Shown: in pieces, positions 30,742 to 40,840 of the stretch
How positions within the stretch are numbered: position 1 is the first letter of the stretch
Layout: each line of letters begins with the position of its first letter
Origin: an uncultured SAR202 cluster bacterium
Lineage (GTDB): Bacteria > Chloroflexota > Dehalococcoidia > Lucifugimonadales > Lucifugimonadaceae
Assembly (NCBI GenBank): GCA_902620405.1
Contig: CACNIC010000002.1
Coordinates: 68,084 to 132,083 of the forward strand
Length of the DNA stretch: 64,000 bases
Direction of reading: 5' to 3'
Made by a program: the position numbers and the translations under genes
Notes under the pieces: generated by a model
What the model saw: only the letters and a program-made list of their open reading frames with translations
Told to the model about the DNA's origin: nothing
Database searches by the model: none

Positions 30742-31717
30742 TTATACTACTCCTTATGCTGGATAATTCTTTAATTGATTGATTTACATAATCTTTTTTT
30801 GTTAACCAAGAAACTGTGGAAATGCCATTAGAAATTGCAGTTGGACTTGAAGATCCATGAGCTACTATCGCAATCCCATTAACACCAAATACTGGACCCC
30901 CGCCAAATTCTCTCATTATGTTAGTTTTTTTTGGAATTAAGTTTATTTTTTCTGATGACTTACTATCAGTAATTTCTTTTTTAAGGAATTGGTATATTAC
31001 ATGCCCAAACCCTTCAATTGCTTTTAATAGTATATTCCCTGTAAACCCATCACACACAACAACATTGACTTTTCCTAATGCAATATCATGACCTTCAATA
31101 TTTCCATGAAAATTAATACTAGATTTTTCAAATAATTTAAAACTCTCTTTAACCAATTTATTTCCTTTATTTGGCTCAGAGCCATTGCTAAGTAAACCCA
31201 CTGTTGGATTTTTTACATCATAAAGTATTTTTGCTTGCGAAACTCCTAGGGCTGCGAAATCTAACATTTGTTCTGGTGTGGACTCTACATTTAATCCAAG
31301 ATCTAAAACTAAAGTTTTAGGTGCAAAACCAAATACTGCACCTCCAACACATGGCTTTGCAAGACCTTCAAACATTCCTAAAATTCCAGCTGAAGAAGCA
31401 AAAGTAGCTCCAGAATTCCCTGCACTAACATAACCATCAATCATTCCCTTTTTTACTAATCCTGAACACACGTTTATAGAGCAATTTGGCCTTCTTTTTA
31501 TAGCTATTCCAGGTTGTTCATCCATTCGGATTGCTTCATCAGAAGGGATAATTTGTAATCTATTTTTATCGTATGAAAAATCTTTTAAATTACTAGTAAG
31601 TTTTTCGGGCTCTCCAACTAAAAAAATTTCTATTTCTGGATCTTCTAAAGATTTAATGGCTCCCTCAATGTTGTTTAGAGGATAATCTCCTCCCATTGCA
31701 TCTACGGCTACTTTCAT
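30734..31717 (-). CDS. plsX: phosphate acyltransferase PlsX
   Basis: MKVAVDAMGGD, VSAGNSGA, VVCDGFTGNILLK, GGGPVFGVNG. Confidence 0.9.
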   Translation of the reverse strand: MKVAVDAMGGDYPLNNIEGAIKSLEDPEIEIFLVGEPEKLTSNLKDFSYDKNRLQIIPSDEAIRMDEQPGIAIKRRPNCSINVCSGLVKKGMIDGYVSAGNSGATFASSAGILGMFEGLAKPCVGGAVFGFAPKTLVLDLGLNVESTPEQMLDFAALGVSQAKILYDVKNPTVGLLSNGSEPNKGNKLVKESFKLFEKSSINFHGNIEGHDIALGKVNVVVCDGFTGNILLKAIEGFGHVIYQFLKKEITDSKSSEKINLIPKKTNIMREFGGGPVFGVNGIAIVAHGSSSPTAISNGISTVSWLTKKDYVNQSIKELSSIRSSING

Positions 31718-31727
31718 TTATATGCTC

Positions 31728-32117
31728 CTATACTAATACTGACGCTATTCCACTAATAAGAATATTGCCATCAACATCATTACACATTACTTCACAAGTA
31801 TACAAAGTTCCATCATTATTTTTATCAATTTTTTTAATTTTTAAATTAGTAATTAACTTTGAATTTACGAATAATGGGCTTCTAAATTTAATTTTTAAAG
31901 AACCTTTTTTATTCCAATTATCATCAAAATTTAAATACATAATTTCATTGATATTTGAAATTAAAAGCATTCCGTGAACAATTTTATTTTTAAATTCTGT
32001 ATTTTTTGCATATTCATCATCAAGATGAATGGGATTAAAATCTCCAGAAACATTTGCATAATTACTAACCATATTTTCTGTGATTAATTTTTCTAATTTT
32101 TCTGTTTTTAGTTTCAT
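31728..32117 (-). CDS. MaoC-like (R)-specific hydratase/dehydratase, catalytic hotdog subunit
   Basis: Hydratase-2 motif YANVSGDFNPIHLDDEYAKNTEFKNKIVHGML. Confidence 0.75.
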   Translation of the reverse strand: MKLKTEKLEKLITENMVSNYANVSGDFNPIHLDDEYAKNTEFKNKIVHGMLLISNINEIMYLNFDDNWNKKGSLKIKFRSPLFVNSKLITNLKIKKIDKNNDGTLYTCEVMCNDVDGNILISGIASVLV

Positions 32118-32503
32118 TTTGTTTTTTTTGGTACTATCAATGTTCCTTCAGAAGAAGCAACTATATCGTTATCAGATAAATAATTTGTTTTAATTTTAAT
32201 AAACAAGGACTCTTTTATTTCCTTGTAATTGGTAATCGTAATTACTCCTTTGAGTAATTCATCCTTTTTTATGCTTTTAAAAATTTCAACCTCTTGAGCT
32301 GTATGGATTGATCCTTCAGGAATCGGAAATTTTTCTAGAAAATGTTTTAAGGATAAAGTTGCAAGCTCAGTTGGATTTACATATTTAGAACTATAATTTT
32401 TTATATCACACGAGTCAGAATAATTTTCAGAATAATCATCATTAATTAATAATGTGAATTCAGATATTTCCTCGTTTAAATTATAATTATCAAGGTAGTT
32501 CAT
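32114..32503 (-). CDS. hotdog-fold protein without the hydratase motif; probable non-catalytic partner of the MaoC subunit (HadA-like)
   Basis: 129 aa. Overlaps the downstream MaoC gene by 4 nt. No D/H motif. Size and arrangement resemble two-subunit dehydratases. Confidence 0.45.
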   Translation of the reverse strand: MNYLDNYNLNEEISEFTLLINDDYSENYSDSCDIKNYSSKYVNPTELATLSLKHFLEKFPIPEGSIHTAQEVEIFKSIKKDELLKGVITITNYKEIKESLFIKIKTNYLSDNDIVASSEGTLIVPKKTK

Positions 32504-33047
32504 TATTTTTTATAGTCTCTTCAATCAAATTTTTTAACTCAACTTCATTAATTGGGCCAATATATTTATTAACTATCTTACCCTTATTGTTAATAAAAAA
32601 CTTTTCTGGCAAAGCTTTTACTCCATATTCAATTGCATATTTGCCATCATTATCCATAAACACATCATATTGAAGCCCATATTTTTCAATAAAGTTTTTT
32701 ATTGAATTTTCGTTATCCCAAAGTGCTACTCCAATAAATTTAACATTTTTATCTTTCCAGTCTTTATAGCCTTCAGCAAGTGTTTCTGCTTCCTGAATAC
32801 ATGGCGGACACCATGATGCCCAAAAATCTAATACGATGGCATCATATTCATCATAAGAGATCTCATTACCATAAATATTATTTTCATAAATTTTATTAAA
32901 TACTTCGAATTTAACTTCCGCAGTTCCTGAAACTTCATTTAAGCCTGGTCTACCTTGGCTACCTTCCCTATCTATTGTTGAAATAATGAGAATAATAAAA
33001 AAGCCTATAGTTATAAATGATAATATTATTGATAAAAATAATTTCAA
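32490..33047 (-). CDS. TlpA/ResA/CcmG-like membrane-anchored thiol:disulfide oxidoreductase
   Basis: N-terminal TM anchor and the thioredoxin motif FWASWCPPC. Confidence 0.8.
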   Translation of the reverse strand: MKLFLSIILSFITIGFFIILIISTIDREGSQGRPGLNEVSGTAEVKFEVFNKIYENNIYGNEISYDEYDAIVLDFWASWCPPCIQEAETLAEGYKDWKDKNVKFIGVALWDNENSIKNFIEKYGLQYDVFMDNDGKYAIEYGVKALPEKFFINNKGKIVNKYIGPINEVELKNLIEETIKNNELP

Positions 33048-33049
33048 AA

Positions 33050-34213
33050 TTACCCTTTAATATTTTTTTTATAATTTTCTCTTAAAATTTCGTATTCTTC
33101 TTTATTGATTTTGTTTTTTTCAAATCTTTCATCAAGATCAATTATTTTATTAATATAAATGTCACTATTTAATTCTAGATTTCTTTTTTTAAAATTCGAT
33201 CTAAAAAAAGTAAATATCAATATAAATATCAATATTAATCCAGTAATACTTCCTACAAAGAATGGAATAGAATTCTTTTCAATAAAATAAGTCATTTTCT
33301 TCCATGTTCCTGGTTTAGAAATATTAACTAAATCAATAATAACAACTTCACCTTTTTTTATGTCCTGTCCTTGCAAAAGTTCATACTTTTTATCATCTAC
33401 TAAAGTTGAGTCTTTTAGGAGATCGTAATCTGTGGTAAGTTCGCTATTTTCTGGAACAAGAATCTTAAATTTTTTCGAACCGAAAGGTAGTCGGATATTA
33501 TATTTAATTGATCCAGTATTTCTTGGCATAGAATAAGAATACAATATTTGATGATCGCCAGGAGGGACTGGATTTGAAAGTGCAAATCCAGTTGGAATTT
33601 GCATTACATTTCCAGGGGGTAAATCACTATCAACAGATAAATTTTCAAAATTTTCAGGCAAACTAAATCTTAATAAATTTAATCCAGTTGTGTTGGGATC
33701 AGATAAATCAGCAAAATATGTTGTATCGCTTATATTGGTAAATGAAATTAATCCTAATACTGAAATAATATCTGATTCGGGAGATATGTGAGGGATCATA
33801 ATTGAATAATCAATTACTTCAATGTCTTCTGGAGTAAAAACTCTGTCATAAACAGTTATAGTTATATTTTTAGGATTTTCTATATCTTCAATGAATACTA
33901 TTGTAGGAATATTTTGATGATTCACTATCAGGAAATATGTAAAAGCTTCGTCAGCATCAATTTTCTTAAAATCAAAATTTTTTTTCGTATTAATAATTTC
34001 AATATCAATCAGTTCGCTAGATGCATTTTGAGTAGCCATTAACTTTATTTCATAAATTGTTTCTTTGTTCGGAGTTGTGCCATTAACTATTTGGCCAGAT
34101 AATTTAATTTCTCCATCGAACTCATCGAGATGATCAGCAGATAAGTTAATTTGACTAGAAATAAATAAAGTAAATATTGAAATAAAAATATAAATTTTGG
34201 AAAGTTTAAACAT
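33050..34213 (-). CDS. exported protein with a C-terminal TM anchor and short cytoplasmic helix; function unknown
   Basis: Signal peptide MFKLSKIYIFISIFTLFISSQINLSA, a ~300-aa beta-rich ectodomain, TM helix IPFFVGSITGLILIFILIFTFF, and tail ...INKEEYEILRENYKKNIKG. Confidence 0.5.
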   Translation of the reverse strand: MFKLSKIYIFISIFTLFISSQINLSADHLDEFDGEIKLSGQIVNGTTPNKETIYEIKLMATQNASSELIDIEIINTKKNFDFKKIDADEAFTYFLIVNHQNIPTIVFIEDIENPKNITITVYDRVFTPEDIEVIDYSIMIPHISPESDIISVLGLISFTNISDTTYFADLSDPNTTGLNLLRFSLPENFENLSVDSDLPPGNVMQIPTGFALSNPVPPGDHQILYSYSMPRNTGSIKYNIRLPFGSKKFKILVPENSELTTDYDLLKDSTLVDDKKYELLQGQDIKKGEVVIIDLVNISKPGTWKKMTYFIEKNSIPFFVGSITGLILIFILIFTFFRSNFKKRNLELNSDIYINKIIDLDERFEKNKINKEEYEILRENYKKNIKG

Positions 34214-34502
34214 CCTGATTTTTCTTGGTTTTAATTATTTCTTCTATAGGATCAATTTCTTCATTATTTGAACTAATTCTTATTGATTCTATTTTAAATA
34301 ATTCTTCTTTTAATTCATTAAATTGACCATTTGTTATTGTTCCGTTTTCAAGTTCACTTGTTAATTCAAATAAGACCTTTTCCTTTCTTATTTCTGAGTA
34401 ACTTTGTTGGTTGTCGTTTCTAAATTCAGTTTTTCTGTAGAAAGGGAATATTAAAAATACTACACAAGCAATTGATATTGATATTAAAATAAATAAATTC
34501 AT
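34206..34502 (-). CDS. small single-TM protein resembling the N-terminal module of CcmI/CycH
   Basis: TM helix MNLFILISISIACVVFLIFPFY, then the helix ...LFELTSELENGTITNGQFNELKEELF. Sits between ccmF and the unknown exported protein, with overlaps at both ends. Confidence 0.4.
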   Translation of the reverse strand: MNLFILISISIACVVFLIFPFYRKTEFRNDNQQSYSEIRKEKVLFELTSELENGTITNGQFNELKEELFKIESIRISSNNEEIDPIEEIIKTKKNQDV

Positions 34503-36451
34503 GATTTATTAAAATTTCTTGGCCATAATGAGATTAGTGTCCCTAAAATAAATATAGGTCCACCAACCCACATCCACCACACTAAAGGATTTATACTAAT
34601 TATAAGTTTCATTGTGTCATTATCTATAAAATCAGACGGTATTATATATAAATCTTCAATTGGACTACTCAATATGCCGGCTCTTATTGATGCCATATTA
34701 AATGTAGGATAAAAGGTATTATTGCCTTCAAGTGTATTAACTATATTTTCATTAGAATCTAAAATAAGAAATGTAGCTACTTTCTCTCTCCTATCATTAA
34801 AATTATTCTCATTTATTTCAGCAATTTCTATTTTGTAATTACCAATTTCAATTCTTTCACCTACAGATACTACTTTATCAATTTTTACTTGATAAAAATT
34901 AATGCCTACCACTCCGAGAGCAATAAGTAATATTGAAATATGAACAATGTACCCACCATATTTTTTTCTATTGTTTGAAATTAATTTAAAGAATGCGTAA
35001 AGCCAATGTGTGCCGTTTTTTATTAAACTTCTTGAACCTCTGAACCATTCAAAGATTATTGTTGACAATACTAATGCAATACTAGAAAGGGCAAGAGAAG
35101 ACATAATAGGTTTATTGGAAGAAAGAAAAAATAAAGTAAAAGTTATAATTGCTATTAATGATGGATATAAAAGATTTGTTTTTAAGTTTGAATTACTCGT
35201 ACCTTTCCAAGATAAATTCGGACCTATGCCCATAATGAATAGTAATAATAATATTACAGGACCATTAACTGCGTTATAGTAGGGCGCTCCTACAGTTACA
35301 GTCTCATTATAAAAGACTTCATTAATTAAAGGGAATATTAATCCCCACAAAGTTACAAAAGTAATAGCAAGTAAAAAGAAATTATTAATTAAAAATGCTG
35401 CCTCTCTAGAAATTACAGATTCGATTTTATTTTCACTATAAATTTTATTGTAATTGGCAATAAATATTAAAGAGCAAAATAAAGCACTGAACACCATGAA
35501 ACCAAGGAATATATATCCTAATGTTGATGCTGCAAATGAGTGAACTGATACTACAGGGCCACCTCTATTAATAAACATACCAAATTGCGCAAGAACGAAC
35601 GCTAGAAAGATAAGTAGAACATTCCATACTCTAAACATTCCTCTCCTTCTTTGAACAATTATAGAATGAATAAATGCGGTCATGACCAGCCAAGGCATTA
35701 GCCCAACGTTTTCAATTGGATCCCAAACCCAATATCCTCCCCAGCCAAGAATAGTGTAAGCCCACCATGAACCAAGTAATAGTCCAACTCCTAAAATAGA
35801 CCATACAATTAAAGATGTTGTTCTTACAAAGTCCAATCCGTTATTTCTGAAAGTGCCAGTCAAAATCATACTTGTAATCAATGAAAATGGTATAGAAATT
35901 GTCGCTAAGCCAGCCATTAATAATGGAGGATGTGAAAACATGCCCGGATGAGCTAATAATGGGTTCATTCCTCTCCCGTCAGAAGGTATATTGGTTTGGA
36001 ATGTATCAAAGGGGTTTGCAAAAAATACCATAACGCCTATAAAAAATAACAAGAATCCGGACATTATTGCTATGAGGTGAGGCTCTGATTCATACATATC
36101 TTTAGGTTTAAATAAAAGAACTAATAATATTGAGAGTGAAATTACAAGAGCAATATATAATAAAGATCCTTCATTTCCTGCGTACATTGCAACCCATGTA
36201 TACGCAGGGTCCATAGACAAATTACTGTGCATAAAAACATACTTAATTGAAAAATCATTTGTTACAAATGCATAGATTAAGCACATTGATGAGATTAAAG
36301 TTGTAAAAAATGTGCAGTAGGCCGCATTTTTTGCACTTAATTTAATTTGAGAATTTCCAAGTCTTATACCAATAATGGATCCTATAATTGAGTAAATACA
36401 CAAATTCATTGTAATCACCAGTAAACTTAAACCAAGATTTGAAATACTCAT
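34499..36451 (-). CDS. ccmF: cytochrome c-type biogenesis protein CcmF (heme lyase)
   Basis: WWAYTILGWGGYWVWDPIEN (WWD-type motif) and ~15 TM helices in 650 aa. Confidence 0.9.
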   Translation of the reverse strand: MSISNLGLSLLVITMNLCIYSIIGSIIGIRLGNSQIKLSAKNAAYCTFFTTLISSMCLIYAFVTNDFSIKYVFMHSNLSMDPAYTWVAMYAGNEGSLLYIALVISLSILLVLLFKPKDMYESEPHLIAIMSGFLLFFIGVMVFFANPFDTFQTNIPSDGRGMNPLLAHPGMFSHPPLLMAGLATISIPFSLITSMILTGTFRNNGLDFVRTTSLIVWSILGVGLLLGSWWAYTILGWGGYWVWDPIENVGLMPWLVMTAFIHSIIVQRRRGMFRVWNVLLIFLAFVLAQFGMFINRGGPVVSVHSFAASTLGYIFLGFMVFSALFCSLIFIANYNKIYSENKIESVISREAAFLINNFFLLAITFVTLWGLIFPLINEVFYNETVTVGAPYYNAVNGPVILLLLFIMGIGPNLSWKGTSNSNLKTNLLYPSLIAIITFTLFFLSSNKPIMSSLALSSIALVLSTIIFEWFRGSRSLIKNGTHWLYAFFKLISNNRKKYGGYIVHISILLIALGVVGINFYQVKIDKVVSVGERIEIGNYKIEIAEINENNFNDRREKVATFLILDSNENIVNTLEGNNTFYPTFNMASIRAGILSSPIEDLYIIPSDFIDNDTMKLIISINPLVWWMWVGGPIFILGTLISLWPRNFNKS

Positions 36452-36840
36452 TATGAATTACCCTTTGCTGATTTTTTTAGCCATACTGAAAAGATAATAA
36501 ATGATAAAGAAATAAGTACTAAAGGAGTTGCCCAAACAATAGTATTTGTACCACTATTTGGAGGAGCTGATAGAATTTCAGTTCCATATCTATCTTCAAA
36601 ATATTTAAGAATTTCATCGTCTGTTTTTCCATCAGAAATGTATACATCAACAATATTTTTCATGTCATTTGCTATTGATGCTTGAGATTCACCTATAGTT
36701 TGACCATCGCAAACAGGGCACATAATTTTTGAATAAAGATCATAATTACGATTATTGTTTTCATCTACATCAGAAATGCAGCCAATTAATATAAATGAAA
36801 ATACAAGAATAAACAGATTTAGTTTGATTTTTTTAAACAT
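36451..36840 (-). CDS. ccmH: cytochrome c-type biogenesis protein CcmH
   Basis: Motif IMCPVCDGQTIGES, N-terminal lipobox-like LIGC, and a C-terminal TM helix. Confidence 0.8.
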   Translation of the reverse strand: MFKKIKLNLFILVFSFILIGCISDVDENNNRNYDLYSKIMCPVCDGQTIGESQASIANDMKNIVDVYISDGKTDDEILKYFEDRYGTEILSAPPNSGTNTIVWATPLVLISLSFIIFSVWLKKSAKGNS

Positions 36841-36874
36841 ATAAAAATATTATATTAAAATTGCAATAATGGGC

Positions 36875-37522
36875 TTATTTTGAATAAGATGCAAGACCGT
36901 TTTCTTCGTCAACTATGTAATTTATTACTTGGTCTCTCTGGTCGTCAGTAAAAACCCATAAGAAGCTAGGCATCGGCCCTAGTCCAACATTACCAGCTTC
37001 CATTTTTAACATATATTCTAGTCTATTCATTGCCTTATCTTTCCCTTGAAGCCTTTGAGATAAATTATGAAGTTGAGGGACAGCTTTATATGCACCCATA
37101 CCTGACCCAGGTACTTCATCAGTTGGAGTAATAGCGTAAAAACTATCTTCGGAGCTTATATGAGGAGCTACAGTACCATCTCCCATTCCCTGTAATCCAT
37201 GACAGAAAGAACAATTTATTCTGTATAACTCAGATCCATATTCAGGGTCATAAACAAAATCAGGATCCATATTTAAAACTGATAATGAATCATTTAATCT
37301 TTCATCTGGAGTGATAAATTTTTGAGATGTTTCAACAGAATCAAGTCTTGGTGGCTCTTGATTTTTGTATGCTTGTGAGTAATGCATTTCTGAAAAAATT
37401 TCTATAGGATAAGTTCCTCTTTGAGTAATTCCACTTTGACATGTTGGGGCTAATAGAATAAATGCAAACATGAAAGCTGTAATAATATGAAATTTATTAA
37501 ATTTAAAATTCTTATTTTTCAC
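36875..37522 (-). CDS. actE: Alternative Complex III monoheme cytochrome c subunit ActE
   Basis: Single CSFCHG heme motif and a distal GPMP methionine. I place the start at GTG 37522, 1 nt after the actD stop (AGGA upstream), not at the track ATG inside actD. Confidence 0.7.
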   Translation of the reverse strand: MKNKNFKFNKFHIITAFMFAFILLAPTCQSGITQRGTYPIEIFSEMHYSQAYKNQEPPRLDSVETSQKFITPDERLNDSLSVLNMDPDFVYDPEYGSELYRINCSFCHGLQGMGDGTVAPHISSEDSFYAITPTDEVPGSGMGAYKAVPQLHNLSQRLQGKDKAMNRLEYMLKMEAGNVGLGPMPSFLWVFTDDQRDQVINYIVDEENGLASYSK

Positions 37523-37523
37523 T

Positions 37524-38036
37524 TTATTTTCCTGATGATTTAATCTCCATTGCACCAGCATCCTTAAGGGCCTTTTCAGCAACATCTTTTTTATCTGTTG
37601 AGCATACTAATGAAACGCCTATCAAACCTTCTGTAATTCTCGTGTCATAAACATTCATAGAAATATCCGGAAGCCTTGACTCAAATAGTATTCCAATCAC
37701 TGTAGTAACAACAGCTGAAAGCATGGTCATTTCATACATAATCACAAGCATTGCAAAAATGGATAATATCGGCTTTCCGCCTGTAATTAATGGGTACACA
37801 ATTTGAGTAGTCGTAGTTAAAAATACACTTAGGGTTAATCCCATAATTGCCCCAAACAATGGAAATCTAAATAATCTGTGCTGAGGAACATGTTCTCCAA
37901 ATGCCCCCTCTGGGTATGGCGTTCCAGTCAATACGTCAAAATCATTCGAATCGAACCCTGATTCATGCAACGCATCTAGCGCATCTGCAGCAGAATCAGG
38001 ATTGTCATATAGACCTAAAATACTTAAATTAGACAT
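37524..38036 (-). CDS. actD: Alternative Complex III subunit ActD (DUF3341)
   Basis: ILGLYDNPDSAADALDAL..., two TM helices, ~170 aa, position after the NrfD-like subunit. Confidence 0.75.
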   Translation of the reverse strand: MSNLSILGLYDNPDSAADALDALHESGFDSNDFDVLTGTPYPEGAFGEHVPQHRLFRFPLFGAIMGLTLSVFLTTTTQIVYPLITGGKPILSIFAMLVIMYEMTMLSAVVTTVIGILFESRLPDISMNVYDTRITEGLIGVSLVCSTDKKDVAEKALKDAGAMEIKSSGK

Positions 38037-38048
38037 GATATACCTCCA

Positions 38049-39422
38049 TCATTCTCTTATTACCATTGGGACAGTTGCCCTCCCAACTTTCATTTCTGTT
38101 GTAAATACTTGGCTTTCTTTAGCTTCAAACAAAGGAACTAAAGGAAAGAATCTAGCAAATAAAAGCATTAAGAAAGATACCCATGCGAATGACCATGTCA
38201 TAATAATCCACTCTACTGGACTAGGCCAGTATCCTTCCCATGTATAAACAAATACTTGTTTTCTAGCTAATCCTGGAACAATTATTAAGAATCTCTCAAG
38301 CCACATTCCCACATTTACTAAGATTGTTGTCCAAAACATTATTGCAATATTGTTTCTGCATCTTTTAAACAACCAGCATCCAACAGGAATGATATATCCA
38401 GTAAGCAAGAAAGTTATAAAAATTAAATTCCATGGCCATGTAAATATTTGAAGTTCTCTTAATGCAATTTCAGGAGCATCTCTACCATATAATGAAAAAA
38501 TTAATTCTAAGAATGTAAACCCAAGCCATGCTGTTGCCACTACAATTAATAGTCTAGCTAGTGCATCAAAATGTTCTGGCCTTATATAATTATTCCATTT
38601 CCACAGCCATCTCATTAGGCACATCATAGTTACAACCGCAGATACTCCAGAATGAACAGCACCAATAACAAAGTAAGGTGCAAAAATTGTTGAATGCCAA
38701 CCCTCAACAGCAGGCGTGACTGCAAAATCCCAACTTACAATAGAATGAACAGAAACAAAGATCGGAAGCATTAATGCTGATAGTAAAATACCTGCAACTA
38801 CTTGAAGTTGCCATTGCCTTGGATTACCTCTCCACCCTAAAGCTAAAACAGTATATATTCCTTTTTTAATTCCAGTAGTCCTATCTCTTAAAATAGCCAA
38901 ATCTGGTATCAAGGCAACAAATAAAAATAATGTGCTACCTGTTAAATAAGTTCCTATCGCAATTGGGTCCCAAAATAAAGGAGATCTCACATTTGGCCAA
39001 ATTCCTCTTGCAAAGTCATAAGGAAGTAACCAGTATGCTATTCTCCAAGGCCGACCAGCATGCATTAAAGGGAAAAAGAGTGCAGTAAGCAAAGAAAATA
39101 CAGTTAGTAATTCAGCTGCTCTTGTTACTGGCCTTCTCCATTCAGCTTGAGTTAACCTCAAAATTGCAGAAATCATAATTCCAGCATGACTAATTCCTAC
39201 CCAAAATACGAATGTTGTTATGAAAAGCCCCCAATAAACTGGCCTTGCTAAACCTGTTACTCCAAGACCTCTATTGAACATATAAAGTATTGTAATGAAA
39301 CCAATAATTACCCCAGTTCCTAATACTCCCATTACAGGAAAATACCATTTTGGTGTTGCTAAGTTACCATTCAGTAGTTCAGCATTTATTTGTTTTTCAC
39401 TTAATATTCTTCTTTGTTGCAT
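38049..39422 (-). CDS. actC: Alternative Complex III NrfD/PsrC-like quinol-interacting membrane subunit (ActC-type)
   Basis: WGLFITTFVFWVGISHAGIMISAILRL...EWRRPVTRAAE, ~10 TM helices. Confidence 0.8.
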   Translation of the reverse strand: MQQRRILSEKQINAELLNGNLATPKWYFPVMGVLGTGVIIGFITILYMFNRGLGVTGLARPVYWGLFITTFVFWVGISHAGIMISAILRLTQAEWRRPVTRAAELLTVFSLLTALFFPLMHAGRPWRIAYWLLPYDFARGIWPNVRSPLFWDPIAIGTYLTGSTLFLFVALIPDLAILRDRTTGIKKGIYTVLALGWRGNPRQWQLQVVAGILLSALMLPIFVSVHSIVSWDFAVTPAVEGWHSTIFAPYFVIGAVHSGVSAVVTMMCLMRWLWKWNNYIRPEHFDALARLLIVVATAWLGFTFLELIFSLYGRDAPEIALRELQIFTWPWNLIFITFLLTGYIIPVGCWLFKRCRNNIAIMFWTTILVNVGMWLERFLIIVPGLARKQVFVYTWEGYWPSPVEWIIMTWSFAWVSFLMLLFARFFPLVPLFEAKESQVFTTEMKVGRATVPMVIRE

Positions 39423-40840
39423 TAATCTGGCTTTCCTACAGCATAAACTTCAGTTCTATGAAACTTAATATGCTTTGTTAATAAAATTGATTGGTGAGTT
39501 TCCCATATTGATACTATTGGCAGTAACCTACTCATTAGCAAAAACATAAATATTCCTAATGATATAAATCCAACAAATAATGTGCCATCAAGCAAAGTTG
39601 GCATTATCATGTTATCTGGAATGTCTTCAGCAGGAATATATCTTAAATGAATAGTGTCTTCGCCGTATACCTGCCATGAAATTACAAATAATCTTATTCT
39701 GTCTAAAATGCAACCAATAAGTGTTATAGTAGCAACAAGAACAAGCATTGGTGGATTTTTTCTAACTGGATTCCATATTATTATCCACCAAGGAACAATG
39801 AAGCTCAATAAAAATGCACCAATAAACACCCACATGTAAGGGCCATTGACTAAAATCTTAATAGTCATTACATTGATTTCTGATTTTCCATACCAGAAAA
39901 TCATAAATGCACAAATAAAAAAGTAAAACCAAAATATGGTTGCAGCAAACATTAATTTTGCAAGACCCCATATCTGATCAATCCTAATGACATCTTCTAG
40001 CTTATAGTATTTCCTGATTAAATATACAGCAATCATAACTGTAGCTATGCCAGATTGGATACCAGTCATGGCATGATACATAGGATATATAGCATCTTTC
40101 CATCCAGCAACAAGTTCCAAATTAAAGTTTATGCTGTAGAGTATGTGCACAAATATTAAAAACATAAAGTAAAAAGTGCTCATCATGCCTATTCTTGCCC
40201 TTAAGCTTATCCATTGTCTCTCAGTCCCAACAAAGCCTCGAGATAATATTTTTGCAAATCTTTGCCTTCTCCCTGTGGAATGATCCCTCATTGCAGCCAG
40301 ATCTGGAATGGATGAAACCCAGAGCATGCCAAGTCCAATTAAAAATAATCCTACGACTGCTAAACCGAAAAATACATGAGGTGTATAAATATTTGCATCA
40401 AACCAAATTGATCTTCTTCTGTAACCTCCAACAACTAAAGGGGGCAGGGCGAATATTAAAGGGAATATCATAATGACACTCGAAAGCCCTGCTGCAGTAA
40501 ACATATTAGCAATCCTGGCTATTGGTCTGTGCCAGTCTGCTTTTGCAATCATTGGGGCAATTGCAACCATTGGAGCTGTACCAAAAACCCCAAAAAGCAA
40601 TGAAACTATTGCAGAATAATATCCCCATGAAGATTTATCATCAAATCCTTGAAAAATTTTAATTAATAAAGATAGTATTCCCATAACAGATAATGCTGCA
40701 AAAATACCAAAAACAATTTTAAATTTTCCACCCATTTCTTCTTTAGTTGTTGATACTAATGAACTGGTGGCAGCATTAAATCTTTCCTGATTGTTTAATT
40801 CTTCACTAATGAGAATCCTCCTTGTGATTACCTTCTCCAT
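39422..40840 (-). CDS. actF: second NrfD-like membrane subunit of Alternative Complex III (ActF-type paralogue)
   Basis: Polytopic protein with the paralogous motif DWHRPIARIANMF. The track start at 40948 would overlap actB2 by 143 nt, so I use the internal ATG at 40840. The start remains uncertain. Confidence 0.65.
   Translation of the reverse strand: MEKVITRRILISEELNNQERFNAATSSLVSTTKEEMGGKFKIVFGIFAALSVMGILSLLIKIFQGFDDKSSWGYYSAIVSLLFGVFGTAPMVAIAPMIAKADWHRPIARIANMFTAAGLSSVIMIFPLIFALPPLVVGGYRRRSIWFDANIYTPHVFFGLAVVGLFLIGLGMLWVSSIPDLAAMRDHSTGRRQRFAKILSRGFVGTERQWISLRARIGMMSTFYFMFLIFVHILYSINFNLELVAGWKDAIYPMYHAMTGIQSGIATVMIAVYLIRKYYKLEDVIRIDQIWGLAKLMFAATIFWFYFFICAFMIFWYGKSEINVMTIKILVNGPYMWVFIGAFLLSFIVPWWIIIWNPVRKNPPMLVLVATITLIGCILDRIRLFVISWQVYGEDTIHLRYIPAEDIPDNMIMPTLLDGTLFVGFISLGIFMFLLMSRLLPIVSIWETHQSILLTKHIKFHRTEVYAVGKPD

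Noticed and set aside
31696-31977. 93-aa plus-strand ORF across the plsX start and the MaoC gene end
   Set aside because: It is antisense to two supported genes and translates to low-complexity sequence.
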